A DNA stretch of 64,000 bases, taken from assembly GCA_965242695.1 (NCBI GenBank), contig CBDESU010000001.1, forward strand, positions 64,001 to 128,000, given 5' to 3'. This stretch comes from Cenarchaeum sp. Lineage in GTDB: Archaea; Thermoproteota; Nitrososphaeria; Nitrososphaerales; Nitrosopumilaceae. The notes below the pieces were generated by a model, which saw only the letters and a program-made list of their open reading frames with translations, did no database searches and was not told where the DNA came from. Shown here piece by piece: positions 20,711 through 31,300 of the stretch; position 1 is the stretch's first letter; every line of letters begins with the position of its first letter. A program made the translations under genes and the position numbers.

Positions 20711-21235
20711 TCACACGTCCGGCGGCAGAAAGTCCTGGTCCTTGCTGTCGTCGTACGACTTTGACGTGAACTCGGCGACGTACTGCGAGCCGTCGACCAG
20801 CGGGGCGCGTATGAACTCGGGCGATGCCCTGCCGTCGACGATGATCCGGGACTTGTCCTCGACCATGTCCCTGAGCGGAAAGTCCCAAGTCCACAAAAAG
20901 TGACCGATCTCGAACGGGTACTCCTCGGACCAGGATGCGTGGATCGTCCCGTCGCTGGTGAGCGTGTACAGGCTGCGCTGGCAGCCGCCCTCCTCGAACC
21001 CGACCCTTGCCGGTATGTCCGCCCTGTTCCCGTCGACGTACATCTCTAGCGTGGCCGTGATCGTATAGGGCGTGTCCATGTCGTTTATGCATACCTTGAG
21101 GGGGTTGTCTAGGTTGGCCCACTGCTGGACGAGCGTGCTTGCGGCGGCCACCGATATGCCGATGGCCGCCGTTATGATGAGGAACCTGATCGTCTGCCTG
21201 CGCTTGGCGGGATCCCCCATGCCGGGCCAGAACAT
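20711..21235 (-). CDS. Conserved thaumarchaeal membrane-anchored hypothetical protein
   Basis: N-terminal TM helix, then 'IPARVG...CQRSLYTLTSDGTIH...FEIGHFLWTWDF'. Confidence 0.75.
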   Translation of the reverse strand: MFWPGMGDPAKRRQTIRFLIITAAIGISVAAASTLVQQWANLDNPLKVCINDMDTPYTITATLEMYVDGNRADIPARVGFEEGGCQRSLYTLTSDGTIHASWSEEYPFEIGHFLWTWDFPLRDMVEDKSRIIVDGRASPEFIRAPLVDGSQYVAEFTSKSYDDSKDQDFLPPDV

Positions 21236-21645
21236 GGCCCGTCGTGCCGGGCGGCGCAATAAAGGCGTTTTCCGCAGTGCGCGGCCTGCCGCGGGGGAGG
21301 GGCGGCTGAGGCGGCCCCGCTCGCCAGGATCCGTCCCTGCCCTGATGCCTCCGGCGTGGGCTTGCCGGACGCCGGCCCGTGCCGGGGGATGGGGGCGCCC
21401 GCAGCCTGCACTTGTCGCGTCACATGCCCGGCGCCCGCTGCGATGATGCGTGCGCCCGGTCGCCGCTGGCGGATGGCACATGCCAAAGCGGGGCTTGCAG
21501 GGGGTTTCGACTTGGACTGTCGGGCGCGCGAGGGCGCACAGCGCCCGGCCCGTGCCCCCTGCCGCGCCCTTGGGAGGGGCACCTCCCTGTGCGGGCCATT
21601 GGCTGCCATCCGACATGTCATATACGCCCTCCGCCACGTGCCTGC

Positions 21646-22062
21646 ATGGTCGTTAGACGGCAAGAGCCGGCGGGGGCGGAGCGCGGCGGCAGGGCGGATC
21701 CGAGCCGGCGGGATGCCTCTGCTCAGGGCTTTGATCCCGGAGATGCCCCGCAGCATCTCCGTGTGCGGGACGAACAAACGGGGCGAGTGCGCCCAGCGAG
21801 AATGGATGACGAGGAAGAGCGGCGCAGGAGGGCGGCAAGGATCAAGAGGCTGAACGATGCGATTGATGAACGGCTCGCCCGTCGCATCGGCCGGCGAATC
21901 GACAGGGGGCTAGACCAGCGCATTGGCCAGCGGCTTGACGAGGGGATGAAGCGGCGGGCACGCGAGGCGATGGAGCGCCGGCGGGACAGGTACGCCCAAG
22001 TGGGTATCCACAGGGCCTTTGCGCGGGACTGCGCAAGGTACATGGCCGGCGTGTCGTGCTAG
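21646..22062 (+). CDS. Hypothetical Arg-rich helical protein, copy 1
   Basis: TATA-like TCATATAC upstream; near-identical to the ORF at 22158. Confidence 0.55.
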   Translation: MVVRRQEPAGAERGGRADPSRRDASAQGFDPGDAPQHLRVRDEQTGRVRPARMDDEEERRRRAARIKRLNDAIDERLARRIGRRIDRGLDQRIGQRLDEGMKRRAREAMERRRDRYAQVGIHRAFARDCARYMAGVSC

Positions 22063-22157
22063 GCGCGTTGCCGCCTTGCGCCTCTGATTGGGGCGCCGCC
22101 GTGCAGGCCTTGACGGCCACCCTACATGTTATATACAGCCGCTTGCCCTAGGCCTAC

Positions 22158-22610
22158 GTGAGCGTGACAAAACAGGAGCCGGCGGGGGCGGAGCGCGGCG
22201 GCAGGGTGGATCCCGACCGGCGGGACGCCTCGGTTCAGGACCTTGATCCCGGAGATACCCCGCAGCATCTCCGCGTGCGGGACGAACAGACGGAGCGAGC
22301 GCGCCCGGCGAGAATGGATGACGAGGAAGAGCGGCGCAGGAGGGCGGCAAGGATCAAGAGGCTGAACGATGCGATGGATGAGCGACTCGCCCGGCGCATC
22401 GGCCAGCGGATCGACAGGGGGCTAGACCAGCGCATCGGCCAGCGGATCGACAGGGGGCTAGACCAGCGCATCGGCCAGCGGCTTGACGAGGGGATGAGGC
22501 GGCGGGCGCGCGAGGCGATGGAGCGCAGGCGGGACTGGTACGCCCAGGTGGGAATCCACAGGGCCTTTGCGCGGGACTGCGCAAGGTACATGGCCGGCGT
22601 GTCGTGCTAG
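22158..22610 (+). CDS. Hypothetical Arg-rich helical protein, copy 2
   Basis: TTATATA upstream. Tandem paralogue of copy 1 with one extra 36-bp IDRGLDQRIGQR unit. Confidence 0.55.
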   Translation: MSVTKQEPAGAERGGRVDPDRRDASVQDLDPGDTPQHLRVRDEQTERARPARMDDEEERRRRAARIKRLNDAMDERLARRIGQRIDRGLDQRIGQRIDRGLDQRIGQRLDEGMRRRAREAMERRRDWYAQVGIHRAFARDCARYMAGVSC

Positions 22611-22703
22611 GCGCACGGATGTACACATGCGCATTTTTGGACGGTCGATCTGAGTGCTAGGTGCACTTCCGAGCACCATGGCTTAGTAGCACATGGCTCG
22701 CGT

Positions 22704-25118
22704 CTACACATGGCGTTCCTGCCACCTGATCCTTCGCATCTCTGTCGCCCTGTCACGATATTTCTTGCCCTCTGCATACCTTCCCACTCTGTCCAACACA
22801 TGTCCTAGTTCTTCATACGTGTCGGGGTTGGCAGGATCTAGCCGGGCCGCGGCCTCGTAGGCGGTCACAGCCTCGGCATACCTGCCTGCCTCGTACAGCG
22901 CCTTTCCGAGCCCGAGCCTGGCGTCAAGGCTGCCGGGATCCAGCCGGGCCGCGGCCTCGTAGGCCGGCGCCGCCTCGGCATACCTGCCTGACTCGTACAA
23001 TGATCGGGCCAGCCCGATCCTAGCATCAAGGCTGCCGGGATCCAGCCGGGCCGCGGCCTCGTAGGCCGGCGCCGCCTCGGCATACCTGCCTGACTCGTAC
23101 AGCGCCTTTCCGAGCCCGAGCCTGGCGTCAAGGCTGCCGGGGTCCAGCCGGGCCGCGGCCTCGTAGGCATGCGCCGCCTCGGCATGCCTGCCTGACTCGT
23201 ACAATGATCGGGCCAGCCCAATCCTAGCATCAAGGCTGCCGGGGTCCAGCCGGGCCGCGGACTCGTAGGCCGGCGCCGCCTCGGCATGCCTGCCTGACTC
23301 GTACAGCGCCTTTCCGAGCCCGAGCCTGGCATCAAGGCTGCCGGGGTCCAGCCGGGCCGCGGCCTCGTAGGCCGGCGCCGCCTCGGCATGCCTGCCTGAC
23401 TCGTACAATGATCGGGCCAGCCCAATCCTGGCATCAAGGCTGCCGGGGTCCAGCCGGGCCGCGGCCTCGTAGGCCGGCGCCGCCTCGGCATGCCTGCCTG
23501 ACTCGTACAGCGCCTTTCCGAGCCCGAGCCTGGCATCAAGGCTGCCGGGGTCCAGCCGGGCCGCGGCCTCGTAGGCCGGCGCCGCCTCGGCATGCCTGCC
23601 TGACTCGTACAGCGCCTTTCCGAGCCCGAGCCTGGCGTCAAGGCTGCCGGGGTCCAGCCGGGCCGCGGCCTCGTAGGCGGTCACAGCCTCGGCATGCCTG
23701 CCTGCCTCGTACAGCGCCTCGCCGAGGCCGAGCCGGGCATCAAGGTCGCCTGGATCCAGCACCGCGGCCTCGCGCATGGCATCGGCCGCCCTGGCGTAAT
23801 GCCCCATCTTCAGCAGCGACTCGCCCATGCCGCGGTGCGCCGCGGCGCCCCCGAGCTCGTGAACAAACGTGTTGCCTGGATCGCTCCCCCTGTCGCCCCG
23901 CCTGCGCGGCGCGAATGCGACTATCTCGCTTCTCTTGATTCCGGCACTGTATGACTTTGCGGCATCTTCGTGCCTGCCTAGCGCCTGCATCGCGTTTCCA
24001 AGTCCCACGCGCGCGGCGGCATCGTCGGGATCCTGCGCGATCGCCCCGCGGTACTGCTCGGCAGCCTCTGCGTGCCTGCCCGCCAGCGCAAGCGCAGTGC
24101 CGTGCCCCGTCTGGAACGGCGCATCGCCGGCGCCCTTGCGCGCCTCAGCCTGGTAGTACTGCACGGCTGGAATCCCGCCGCCGTCGTCCGCCACGGCCAG
24201 CGCGCGCCCTGCGGCGGCGCGCACCGCGGCGTGGCCGGGATCGACGGCGGCCGCCTTCCCGTACCACTCGACGGCCTCTTTCGGCCGTCCTGCCAGCACC
24301 AGAAAGTTGGCCATGCCGACAAGGGGGAGGATGCTCCCGGGGTACGCCCCTGCCGCCTCTTCGTACGCCGCCTCTGCCTCTGCGCTCCTGCCCAGGCGCG
24401 CAAGGCAGTGTCCCGTGTACAAAAGGGACCACAGGTCGCACTTTGCACCCTTGGACACTGTCCTGTCCCTGTACCGCCTGCATATCTTGAGGGCCGCCGC
24501 GGCCGCCTTTCGCGCTCCGATGAAAATGCCGGCCGCATCCATTACAGAGGCCTCTACGATGAGGGCCGTGGCCAGGTACTTGTCGCTGCCCGCCAGGACG
24601 GCCCGCACGAACCTCTCAAGGACGGCCAAGTGCCGCACGTCGTCAAACTTGAACGCGCCGAGCGAGTGGACCAGCGCGTGGCGCAGGTCGAACAGGCGGG
24701 CAAGGTCGTCGCGCATCTCCTCCAGGCACTTCCGCAGCAGGGGCAGGCCGTACGTGTCGGCCAGCCGCCCGATCGCATCGACGCTTTGGAGTCCGTGGCC
24801 GAGCGCATCGATGCGGGACATGCTGACCCGGACGGCCCGGCCCACGTCCTTGATCTGCGCTGGCATGTGTGCCCTGCCGTGCATCAAGTCGAGCCGCTCC
24901 TCGAGGATCAGCCGCAGGAACTGCTCGAGAATGGTGACGGCCTGCGTGACGATGGCCGCCTTTATGACAGGATCGCGCGACCCCGCGCGCACCTTCAGAT
25001 GCGCTATGCCTATGAATACGTCAAGCATGCCCATGCCGATCATCGCCAGCGTGATCGGGTACCTTGGCATGTGCACGGTGCGACCGCCTGCCTTATCCTC
25101 TGTAGATGTACTAGGCAA
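22704..25118 (-). CDS. TPR-repeat protein with N-terminal putative HEPN RNase domain
   Basis: Helical N-domain with 'LEQFLR' and RHALVH (Rx4H), followed by many 34-aa TPRs. Start is TTG 25118 (below a TTAAATA box) or ATG 25070. Confidence 0.8.
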   Translation of the reverse strand: MPSTSTEDKAGGRTVHMPRYPITLAMIGMGMLDVFIGIAHLKVRAGSRDPVIKAAIVTQAVTILEQFLRLILEERLDLMHGRAHMPAQIKDVGRAVRVSMSRIDALGHGLQSVDAIGRLADTYGLPLLRKCLEEMRDDLARLFDLRHALVHSLGAFKFDDVRHLAVLERFVRAVLAGSDKYLATALIVEASVMDAAGIFIGARKAAAAALKICRRYRDRTVSKGAKCDLWSLLYTGHCLARLGRSAEAEAAYEEAAGAYPGSILPLVGMANFLVLAGRPKEAVEWYGKAAAVDPGHAAVRAAAGRALAVADDGGGIPAVQYYQAEARKGAGDAPFQTGHGTALALAGRHAEAAEQYRGAIAQDPDDAAARVGLGNAMQALGRHEDAAKSYSAGIKRSEIVAFAPRRRGDRGSDPGNTFVHELGGAAAHRGMGESLLKMGHYARAADAMREAAVLDPGDLDARLGLGEALYEAGRHAEAVTAYEAAARLDPGSLDARLGLGKALYESGRHAEAAPAYEAAARLDPGSLDARLGLGKALYESGRHAEAAPAYEAAARLDPGSLDARIGLARSLYESGRHAEAAPAYEAAARLDPGSLDARLGLGKALYESGRHAEAAPAYESAARLDPGSLDARIGLARSLYESGRHAEAAHAYEAAARLDPGSLDARLGLGKALYESGRYAEAAPAYEAAARLDPGSLDARIGLARSLYESGRYAEAAPAYEAAARLDPGSLDARLGLGKALYEAGRYAEAVTAYEAAARLDPANPDTYEELGHVLDRVGRYAEGKKYRDRATEMRRIRWQERHV
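22841..23758 (-). repeat. Nine near-identical 102-bp tandem repeats encoding TPR units
   Basis: GCCGGGCCGCGG(C/A)CTCGTAG recurs at 22841, 22943, 23045 ... 23657, period 102. Confidence 0.95.
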
Positions 25119-25448
25119 CGAAATTTGCGGTATTGGGCTTCTATTTAACTCACACGGGCCTCTGAGCGCCTGAACAGGCGTGCCCACGCCGCTTGGCGGG
25201 GCGCGCCCGGCATGCGCTCCGCACATGAAGGGCGGCCGAGCTGGCGGGAGATGCGGGGAGCGCCCGGCGCGCCGCGCCCGCTGACGCGATCTCTCCGGAT
25301 CCTCCCGCCACATCGCATGCCGGGCGGCTAGCCCCCGGCGGGGCGATCTGCGCCGTCCGCCCGCGGCGGATGGGCGCGGGCGCGCCCGCGGCCGCGGCCG
25401 GCCCGCCGCGGGCAAGGAACAATAGCGGCCGGCCGGACGGCCGCCTCC

Positions 25449-26279
25449 GTGCGGGGAACAGGCGGCCGCCTAGGTTGCAAGGCAGAGCGAGACGGCGCCG
25501 CCTCCGCCGCCTCAGCCGCCGGCTGCGACGAAGGCCCGCCTCCGTCCGTCCGGTACATCCGCATGTTCAACAGGTTCTTCAGGGATGCGGCCATGACAAG
25601 CACGTACAAGGTCGCGCTGCTCAGGTCGCTGGCCGACGTCGGCGGATACGGCACATCCCGGCTCGCAGGCGGGCACTGGATCGGCAGGCTCTGCGCATCC
25701 GGCGGCGCATCCGCCTGCCGCCTGGTCATGGACCTCAACTTTGCCGCGGCGCGGTTTGCAAAGTTTTACTGGGACATGGAGGTCGGCTTTGGCCTCCTGC
25801 ACATAGCGCCCGGCAGCGGGATGCGTCGCCGGCCGCGCCGCCTCCTCATGTCCCGCCTGGTCGCCGACGCCGCGGCGCGGCGGGCGGCCGCGGGGGAGAG
25901 CGGACAGGCCGGCCTGTCCGCCGTCGCCGTTCCGAGGCTCGACGAGCTTGCATCCGACGACATGTCGGGCCTGCGATCAAAAACAATCGCCGTAATCCAG
26001 CGCGACGTGCTCGATGCCGTCTCCCGCGACATGCCGGGCCTGTACGACATACTGCCCGGCCGCCGCCACATTTCATTCGATGCCGATCTCGTGTGCTTTA
26101 TGCGCGAGTACGGCCCGACCGTCAAGAGGGCCCTCAACCACCGCCTTGCCGTCCTGCTCGAGGGCCTCAACCCCGACGCGGTCCACGTTGCCACAAAGAC
26201 CGACGAGCTTCCGATCGCCGAGAGGGTGGATGCCGCCAGGCGGCTCGCCGGCGCCGCCGGCCGCGATGCCCGAGCCTGA
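25449..26279 (+). CDS. Protein resembling the N-terminal domain of HNH endonucleases, without the HNH domain
   Basis: 'TSTYKVALLRSL...FAKFYWD...LEGLNP' pattern; no CxxC or HNH C-terminus. Start uncertain. Confidence 0.5.
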   Translation: MRGTGGRLGCKAERDGAASAASAAGCDEGPPPSVRYIRMFNRFFRDAAMTSTYKVALLRSLADVGGYGTSRLAGGHWIGRLCASGGASACRLVMDLNFAAARFAKFYWDMEVGFGLLHIAPGSGMRRRPRRLLMSRLVADAAARRAAAGESGQAGLSAVAVPRLDELASDDMSGLRSKTIAVIQRDVLDAVSRDMPGLYDILPGRRHISFDADLVCFMREYGPTVKRALNHRLAVLLEGLNPDAVHVATKTDELPIAERVDAARRLAGAAGRDARA

Positions 26280-26436
26280 CGCATGCCGTCCGTGCGCCGC
26301 CCTTATCGGCCGGGGCGGCGCGCGGGGGCGCCCCGCGGGAGGCGGGCGCCGCATCCGGGCGGCCGTCGCCCGCATGCCGCGCGGCGCGGGGCCGCGGCGG
26401 CCGCATGCCGCTGGGAAAATGAAAAGGGGTGGGTAA

Positions 26437-27006
26437 TCAGATTACCTGCCAAGGCCTTGTCGCAAACGTAATCACGTAGCCGACGCCGATGATGATCGAC
26501 TGGTACGCAATGTTGGTGTATGGTATCTCCTTGAGGATGTACTCGCCCGACACGACGACGGTCTGGCCCGGACCGAGCCCCGGCCCGACGCTGGCCACGT
26601 TGAGCTGCGTGTGCACGTGGTACACGCCAGGCTCTAGGGCCATCGCGCATATCTGGTACGGAACGACGGCGTTGCCCGGTATGTCAAAGACGTTGCCCGG
26701 GGGGTCCCTGGAGAGAATCTCCCACCTGTTGCCGGCGTTGGTCGACTCGGAGAAGATCGAGTTCCATGCCCTCATGTCCCTCTCGACCAGGCTGACAAAG
26801 CTGCCAGACAGGCAAAGGTTCTCACCTGTCTGGAGCGACTGCCTGTTGAACGTCTCGTCCTCGATCCTCACAAAGCGGCTCTGAAGCTGGGCCTGTACGC
26901 CGTGTGCCTCCACGGTCGGCAGTACGGCCTCGATCCAATTGAAGCCGAGCGTGCCGAGCGCCAGAACGGCGCCCAGTCCGACGACTAGAATCTTGTTGTT
27001 GATCAT
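26437..27006 (-). CDS. amoB: Ammonia monooxygenase subunit B
   Basis: 189 aa. 'AHGVQAQLQSRF...NAGNRWE...GVYHVHTQLN...FATRPWQVI'. Confidence 0.97.
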   Translation of the reverse strand: MINNKILVVGLGAVLALGTLGFNWIEAVLPTVEAHGVQAQLQSRFVRIEDETFNRQSLQTGENLCLSGSFVSLVERDMRAWNSIFSESTNAGNRWEILSRDPPGNVFDIPGNAVVPYQICAMALEPGVYHVHTQLNVASVGPGLGPGQTVVVSGEYILKEIPYTNIAYQSIIIGVGYVITFATRPWQVI

Positions 27007-27267
27007 ACTTGTCCCCTGTTTGCGGCGCCGAATTGGTCTTGCGTTATAACCCTTGCCCCCGCCGCGGGCGCCCTGCAATGCTTATCATTGATGCTTATCA
27101 TAGGGGCCATCTTGCCGCCCAGCGGAAATTGTAGCTGGGGCATTGCCATGTCTTGCGGATTTGACGTAAAAATTTTCTAATATTTGGATTTTATGCACGT
27201 AGGATTGACGGTTTGACGGCCATACAGACATCATTCCTTAAATTGCGTTGGAGCGCATAGGTCTCCA
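27007..27267. promoter_or_regulatory. Divergent amoB/amoC promoter region
   Basis: AT-rich island with TTATAA (~27044) and CTTAAATT (~27237), an ATGCTTATCAT direct repeat and three TTGACG. Confidence 0.7.
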
Positions 27268-27831
27268 ATGGCACAAATGCCGGCTCTCATACCCAAGGAA
27301 GTCGAGATCCAGAGACTCAAGAAGATCTGGCTCATCGTCATCGCCATGGGTTCCACCGCCGCGTCGGTCGAGGTCGACAACTTTGTCGACGGCTCGCTGC
27401 ACCAGACCTCTATCAGGGACAGCGCGTTCACGCCTGCCCACTGGTGGCTCTACTCCCACTTTGTGGCCCTGCCGCTAGGATGGGGCGCAGTAGCCATCTA
27501 CGATAGGAGGGTGCCCATACTCAGGGGCCCGAACAACTCGATGAACACTGGCCTAAAGATGACCATACTCGGTTATCTGGCCACGATGTTCACGATCGGG
27601 GTCAACGAGATGTGGCACTTCTGGTTCGTAGAGGAGATCTTTGCGGTCCCGAACCACTGGATGTTCAACATGGGCGTTGTAGTGGCGTTCATGGGCGCAC
27701 TGGCCTACGTGGTCAGGGTGTACGCGCGTCTGGTCGAGCTCGGGGCGGAGACTCCTGGCGAGAACCCGTACGTGGCCGAGATGTACAAGATGGCCCTAGA
27801 GGGCAAGCTGTACAGCCGCTCGATCCCGTAG
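27268..27831 (+). CDS. amoC: Ammonia monooxygenase subunit C
   Basis: 'MAQMPALIPKEVEIQRLKK...DGSLHQTSIRDSAFTPAHWWLYSHF...NEMWHFWFVEEIFAVPNHW'. Confidence 0.98.
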   Translation: MAQMPALIPKEVEIQRLKKIWLIVIAMGSTAASVEVDNFVDGSLHQTSIRDSAFTPAHWWLYSHFVALPLGWGAVAIYDRRVPILRGPNNSMNTGLKMTILGYLATMFTIGVNEMWHFWFVEEIFAVPNHWMFNMGVVVAFMGALAYVVRVYARLVELGAETPGENPYVAEMYKMALEGKLYSRSIP

Positions 27832-28366
27832 GGAAACAGCCTGCGCGCGTATGGCGCGCATATTTTTCATGCGGACGAGGGGGAGACCCTGCGCAGCCCA
27901 CGGGAGGGTGGGGGGGGGGGGGGGGACGCCGGCCCCCTTTCGTGCGCATCCATGGTCCCACAGGCACGTGCCCCCTGTGGCTGCGCCCGCATGTGCCGCA
28001 CCGCGGGCTTCGAGTGCGGGCCGGCCGGCCGCCCGACAGCCCGCCCGCCAGCCACCTGCATGTCCTGCGGCGCCGCACGGGGCAGGATGCGGCATACGCC
28101 GAGGCGTCGGGGCCGACGCCCGCGCGGTGGCGGGATGCGAAGCGCCGCGATGCGGCGCCCTGTCGCGGTACGCACACATGCGCCGCGATGCGGCGTCCCG
28201 GGAATGCGACCGTCGCGCCACTGATCGCAATACGCATGGCATGCCGCTTAAATAATAGCGTGGGAGCGGGCGTACGTAGCAGAATGGTGTTGAAGCGGAT
28301 GGTGGCCGGCCTGTCCTGCGTTGCCCGGCTCGGACATCTTCCCGGCATGGGGGGGGGGGTAGCGCA

Positions 28367-31300
28367 ATGCCGCTGCCGGCCCGCGAGCGGCTGCGCCGCC
28401 GGCGCGCCGCGCCGCATCTTGGCGTCCTTGCCATGGCGGCCGCTCTCGCAATCGGGCTGACTGCCGCGGCCGCACCGCCGGCGATCTGGGACGGCGGCAC
28501 GGGCGCCGCGCCTGCCCCGCACCCTGACGTCCCCCACCGTGACGCCTTCTCGCAGGCGCTGCTGCCGTCGGCGCATGCGCATCCCCACTACTGGCCGTGC
28601 AGCTACACCCAGCGCAGCCCGACCACCCAGGATGCGCCCCAAATGTCGTTCCACAACACGCCCAACGATGCGTACGGGATAGGCGACACCATCCTCATCA
28701 GGGGCTACAACTTCGACGGATTCGGCAATCCCACCAACACCCACGCCCACACGCGGCTTGCGCTCGAGACGGGGGACGTCGACCGCTTTGCCGTCTGGCA
28801 CGACACCAGTTCAGACTGGAGGAACGTCTACTACAGGTACACCGTCCAGCCTGGCGACTATTCCGAGGATCTCGACTACAAGTCGTCCAACGCGCTGCAC
28901 TTTGGGACCAGCCCGACTAGAAACCTTTCCGACACCGTAAACTGCTGGCTGTCGACCCCCGGCACCAACGACTACCACCGCACCTGGAGCACGCAGCAGG
29001 CGGGCAACGGCAAGCCGTCGCTTGCGGTGAACCACAACGTCGTAGTCGACGGCATCATACCGCGCGTGGAAAGCGTCGCGATGCCAAGCGGCGCGTACGG
29101 GGCGGGCTCGCAGCTCAACGTCACCGTCAGCTTTGGAGAGAATGTCACTGCAACGGGGCCGCCGCCGTCGTTAATCATTTCGCTGGACGGAGGGAACAGG
29201 ACGATCCCGTACCTGGATGGCAACGGGACGAGCTCGCTCGTCTTCAACTACACGGTGCTGCCGGGCGACCTTGCCGACGACCTGGACTACGCGGGGGCGG
29301 GCGCGCTTGTCCTTGCGGCGGGCGGCATCTTGGCGGACCGCGCCGACAACGGCGCAGACCTGGCGCTGCCCCTTCCGGGATCGCCCGGCTCGCTCGGCGC
29401 GACCTCGAACGTCAGCATAACGGCCGCATCCGGCGGGGTGGCCGCCGTCGGCTCGCCCCTGCCCGACGGCACGTACCCGGCGGGGTACCGGATTGCGGCC
29501 GTCGTCAACTTTAGCGAGCCCGTCGTGTACTCGGGGACGGCGCCGTCGCTGGTGCTCAATTTCAGCGGCTCGAACCGGACGGCCTCGTACGAGTCGGGCA
29601 ACAACACGCGGTCGCTTGCCTTCGCCTATGCGGTGCAGCCTGGCGACCCGCAGGTCGCCCGCCTGGACTATGCGGGCGCGGATGCGCTGCGGGCGGGCGC
29701 AGGCGGCCTGAGGGACAGGGCCGGCGATGCCGTCGATCCGGCCCTGCCACTGCCGGGAGGCGCCGGGCATCTCGGCAGCCTGCGCAGCATAGGGATTGAC
29801 CCGGCCGCCGCGGCGCACGTCGTCGGCGTCGACTCGCCCGACGGCGACTCGACGTACAAGCGCGGCGATACGGTCCGCATCGCAGTAGAGTTCTCGGCAT
29901 CCGTCGCGGTCATGGGCGAGCCTGCGCTGGCGCTTGCGACCGAGCCTCCGCGCAGCGCCCCGTATGCGGGCGGCGCCGGCACCAGCACCCTGGTGTTCAA
30001 CTACACGGTGCGGCCGGGCGACGCGGCGGCCGACCTGGACTATGCCGGCCGCGCGGCCCTGTCCCTGGAGGGAGGCGCAGCGATCCGCCTCGATGCGGAG
30101 GGCGGCGCGGATGCCGTCCTGGCCCTGCCGGCCCCGGGCGACCCGGGCTCGCTCGGCCGCAGCCGGGACGTTGCAATAGACGGGGCCGCGCCGGCGGTGG
30201 TGAATGTCACGTCGACGAGCCCCGGCGGCACGTACGGCACGGGCCGCATCGTCGACATTGCGGTGGCGTTTGACGAGCCCGTCGTCGTCGAGGGCGAGCC
30301 CACGCTGGGGGCCTACATGGATCTGCCAAGCGATGCGATCCGCTGCGTGCAGGGCCCGCCGCAGGGGCAGTGCGAGCTGGGAGCGCTGGCGGATCTGCCC
30401 GGCGGCGCCTCGTACGCGGGCGGCAGCGGCACGAGCAGGCTCGACTTTGCGTACGCGGTGCAGCCGGGAGACTCGGCCGCCGGCCCGGGGCGCGCGGGGG
30501 ACTCGGCCCTTGTCCTGGGGAGCGGCGGCAGCGGCGCGGCGATCAGGGACGGGCTGGGCAACACGCTAGAAGGCGCCAGGGCCCTGCCGGCTCCGGCGGG
30601 CATAGACCTCCACGGGCGCCCCGTGCCGGTGCTGGCGGCGGCCGCAGTTGCCGTCGACGGGCAGGGCTCGCCGAGGTTTGACAGGCTTGGAGGCGCCCAG
30701 GGCGTGTCCGTGTTCAGGATGGGCGAGGGCGACACGTTCGCACTGGTGGCCTCTGCGGCGGACCGCGCCGTGCAGCTGATCCGAATACACGAGAACGGCA
30801 CCCTGCGGGCGGTCTCGACGCTCAACGACACCGGCGATCTGGAGCTGTACGGGCCCAACGCGGTCGACACGATCGACATGGGCGACAGCGGCATGTTCGC
30901 CGTCGCCGCCTCGCAGCCGGACAACGGCGTGCAGCTGATCAGGATACACGAGAACGGCACACTCGAGGCGGCCGACCAGCTTGACAACGACAACACCCTG
31001 GAGCTGAACGGCGCCAGGTCGATCGATGCGTTCTGGACTGCGGGCGGCCGCGCGTTCGCACTCGTGGCCTCGCACTACGACAACGGCGTGCAGCTCGTGC
31101 GGATACGAGCGAACAGCACGCACGGCACCCTGGAGGCGGCCGGCAGCCTCGACGCCGGCAGCGGCGACCTGGTGCTGCGCGGAGCCGGCGGGGTGTCGGC
31201 ATTTCGCGCGGCCAACGGGACTACCATGGCCCTTGTGGCCTCGTACCAGGACGGCGGCCTGCAGCTCGTGCAGGTCGACGAGGAGGCCGGCACGCTGAGG

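Noticed and set aside
22841-23758. Diversity-generating retroelement explanation for the repeat variants
   Set aside because: No reverse transcriptase in the window, and the differences are not adenine-specific.
27832-28366. Coding gene between amoC and the adhesin
   Set aside because: Candidate ORFs are low-complexity with no recognisable motif; the region holds a T-rich terminator-like run, poly-G tracts and a TATA box.
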